Source: the human T2T-CHM13v2.0 reference genome, Homo sapiens
Assembly: GCF_009914755.1 (NCBI RefSeq)
Contig: NC_060926.1
Reading direction: 5' to 3' (one strand)
DNA: 64,000 nucleotides
Part shown: piece after piece, positions 60,401-64,000 of the stretch
Layout: each line of letters opens with the position of its first letter
Numbering within the stretch: position 1 is the stretch's first letter
Translations under genes and position numbers: made by a program
The notes under the pieces: model-generated
What the model saw: the letters and a program-made list of their open reading frames with translations, nothing else
The model's database searches: none
What the model was told of the DNA's origin: nothing

Positions 60401-61924
60401 GATTTTTTTTTTTTTTTTTACTAAAAAATAACATTTTTTCTCATTATAAAATGAGAAAATAATACACATCCACTGGGGAAAAAATGCACTACAGATCTTA
60501 TAATGCATTATAAAATCATGCACATCCTGTGGGGAACAATAGAAAAAAAGACAGATTCAAAATTTAAAACTATCTATCATCCCACAGTCAAATGATAAGC
60601 ACTGTTACTCTCTGAGTGATATCATTCCAGTCTTTTTTCTAAGAATGTGAAATCTGTATGAGCATATATTTTTGTGTATACACAAAAGGAGGGGGGTGTG
60701 CACATGTCGGGTAGGGAAGACAAACTGTGTGGTACAGAGATTTGACTTTCTGGATTTTTAAAATGTAATGTAGAAGTATTCCTCTATGCCATTGAATATT
60801 CTCTTTAACTATGACTTTTAAGTATTCTGTACATATGAACCTACCATCATATAGTTTATCAGTTATCTGTTTTGGGGTATTTAATTTGTTTCCAATTGTT
60901 TCCTTGTGTACATAATGCTTAATAAGCCTACTGACATAATTTCAAAAGGGCAACTATGATTACTTAATTTAAATCAATCTTTCTTAGGCTGTTTGGGTAG
61001 ATAAGTTCCAAAGAAACATATTAATTTTTAAAAAATAGATACTTGTTTTTTAATGGTAAATATTGATGTTGTTGTTTTGTTTATTTTATTTTTCTATTGC
61101 CCAAATTGAGGGAAGGAAATAGGTGATGTAGCAATTGGTCCTTATTATACATGCTTCTTACAGTTGTTAGGTGGGAAAGAAGATGATCATATGTAAATAT
61201 AATACAAATATAATATTACATATATAATTGTAATAATATACTTATAAAATTATAACACATATATCTTTCAATGAGAGACAAATTATATAATACACATATG
61301 TATAATAAAATAATGTCTATTATTACAAGAAAATTTTTAATAAAACAATAAAATATTCTGATACCAGGTTCACTGTTGTACCAACTGCCATTATGAATCA
61401 GAAACAAGTCAAAAACACAAGGAACCTGAGGCTTATGCCATTCCAGGGAATGTAGAGTCATTAAATATAACAGCATTGACAAGTCACTTTAAAAACTTAC
61501 AACAGTTTTACATTAAATGATTTCAACTTAGTCAAGGTAGCCTCTGTGAATGTATTAGAAAAAGCCAGGCAAAAAGAGCCCCAAATAGAACAACAGACTA
61601 AAAATCCATAGTTGGTTGTAGGGGCTTCTCTGGCATGTGCTGACCTAGTTCTCGTCACTACTCTGTTTTTATTTCTCTCATCATGTTCCAGCTGCAATGT
61701 GTTTCCTGATGTTGAATATCTGCCATTTCAAAGAAAATCTCCTTTTGTTTCACAGAATATTCGTAATTTTTTCACTCAGAGACCAAATTGTTGTTTAATT
61801 CTCTAGACAGTTTAATAATAAAACTATTTTTCAGGTACCCTGACCTAGATTAAAATACACACTCAGGAAAATGGTTTATTAGAAGATATCTGAAAGTGCT
61901 GATTTATCATATATTCTCTATCAC

Positions 61925-62195
61925 TGATAATGATGAGAATCATAATACACTTATACCGTTCATTATATACACACTCTGCTAAGCAGTTTTCATGCTTAGC
62001 AATTTTGAATAATCCTCAGTAATCAAAACCCTGTGATGTTGAAATACGATTATGTCCAATTATTGATAAGGAACATGAAGTACAGAAAATAACTTAAGCG
62101 GGATCACGTAGCTGGAAAGTAGTAAAGGCAAAATTTGAACCCAGGAAGCTTGAGCTCTAGAGCAAGTGCTTTGAATTTTTACATTCTGCTGCCTC
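61925..62195 (-). mobile_element. MIR SINE
   Basis: aatcctcag..aaaccctgtga...gataaggaacatgaag...atttgaacccagg. Confidence 0.7.
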
Positions 62196-63045
62196 TCATC
62201 AAGAGAACTGCTATCTTCCTAGATCACTGGGCACAAAATATTGGATTATAGTAATTTAGGCCAAAACTTGAACCCTAAACCAAAGCTTAAGTCAAATACT
62301 AATCCCAATTCTTGATTATAAATGTTTTATTTTCTAACAATTTACCAGCAAATCTTAGCATTGCTCCTTCTAAATCACCAGGAACTCTCCACTCCTGCCT
62401 TTGTCAGTTCTCCCGAGGGCACTGGTTCTCCAAATGCACAGTTTAACATCTTCACAAATGAATGCCTGCCACAATGCCCATTTTGGCCTCCAGTCTATTT
62501 GATGCCCATCTCTTATCACCATTACTAATTCAAACATCTCTTGCATAACTCGAACTGCATAGCTAACTTCATCTAAACCACAAAGCAGAAAAAAATTATG
62601 CAGATGTGCACAGCCAACATGGAAGTCCATTGATTTCTTGGGGCCAAATGTAATGAATTCTCATCACAAATTTTATGTTCATGAATGGGGAGAGAGACTA
62701 ATAGTAATGAACACTGTCAAAGACCACATTTGAGAAAATAGCATACAAGAGATTATAATATAATAATGTCATAATGCTGCAAATAAAGGAAAAACTAAGT
62801 TTAGTATCTGGCTCCCTCTGTGATATATGCAAAGCTTTGAACAAGTTGCAGAAACACTATGCCTCAGTAGTCACAGAAGTATATTACCTATGTATTTATA
62901 TAATCTAATATATTTTATAATATAAGGAATGTGTTTAATGCTATGACAAGGCATTAAGAATCTTTAAACCAGTGTGAATGAGTCAAGTCCTGCCTCCTGC
63001 TTCCTACCTCATTCCCCTCTCAGAGATTAGATACTCCTTCTAATC

Positions 63046-63345
<300 letters not shown>

Positions 63346-63522
63346 TACTTCTACTCTTAATGGTGCTGCAGAAGGGCAGAAGTATGTCTTTTGTAACTGC
63401 TCTTGCTGAGCTTATGGACATAGGCCCTGCCTAGTACCAGAAGAGTAAAAATCTCTGGTTACTTGATCTAAGGTGCCAAGAGGCAGGATGCTTTTATTCT
63501 CCAGGTCAGTAGATGGGATAGG

Positions 63523-64000
<478 letters not shown>

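Noticed and set aside
61693-61762. Possible exon ccag|CTGCAATG...ATTC|gtaatt
   Set aside because: Weak donor and unrecognised peptide; not distinguishable from chance.

Overview
AT-rich primate (human-like) nuclear DNA made mostly of interspersed repeats, with no recognisable protein-coding gene. Main contents, left to right: the 5' part of a minus-strand MER61-type ERV1 provirus (LTR, tRNA-Ile PBS, internal region, two inserted AluY); a near-full-length L1MA2-like LINE carrying MER4A1 and MER66 solo LTRs; a 5'-inverted (twin-primed) L1PA; an L2 split by a ~3 kb hAT (Blackjack-clade) DNA transposon fossil that keeps both TIRs, a degenerate TSD and a transposase readable end to end; a complete THE1C MaLR; a nested L1MA4 > Tigger2b > full-length L1PA4 stack with an open ORF0; and an ERV1 env/PPT/LTR remnant at the right edge. 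Almost all ORFs in the track are repeat-derived. Subfamily names come from my recollection of Repbase/Dfam consensus sequences and need confirming with RepeatMasker/Dfam. The most notable observations are the hAT fossil with a MER53-like end, rare variants shared by two L1PA copies 31 kb apart, the 91-nt duplication at the L1 inversion point, and an RFX X-box in non-repeat DNA. I see no clear evidence of a wholly new biological system.
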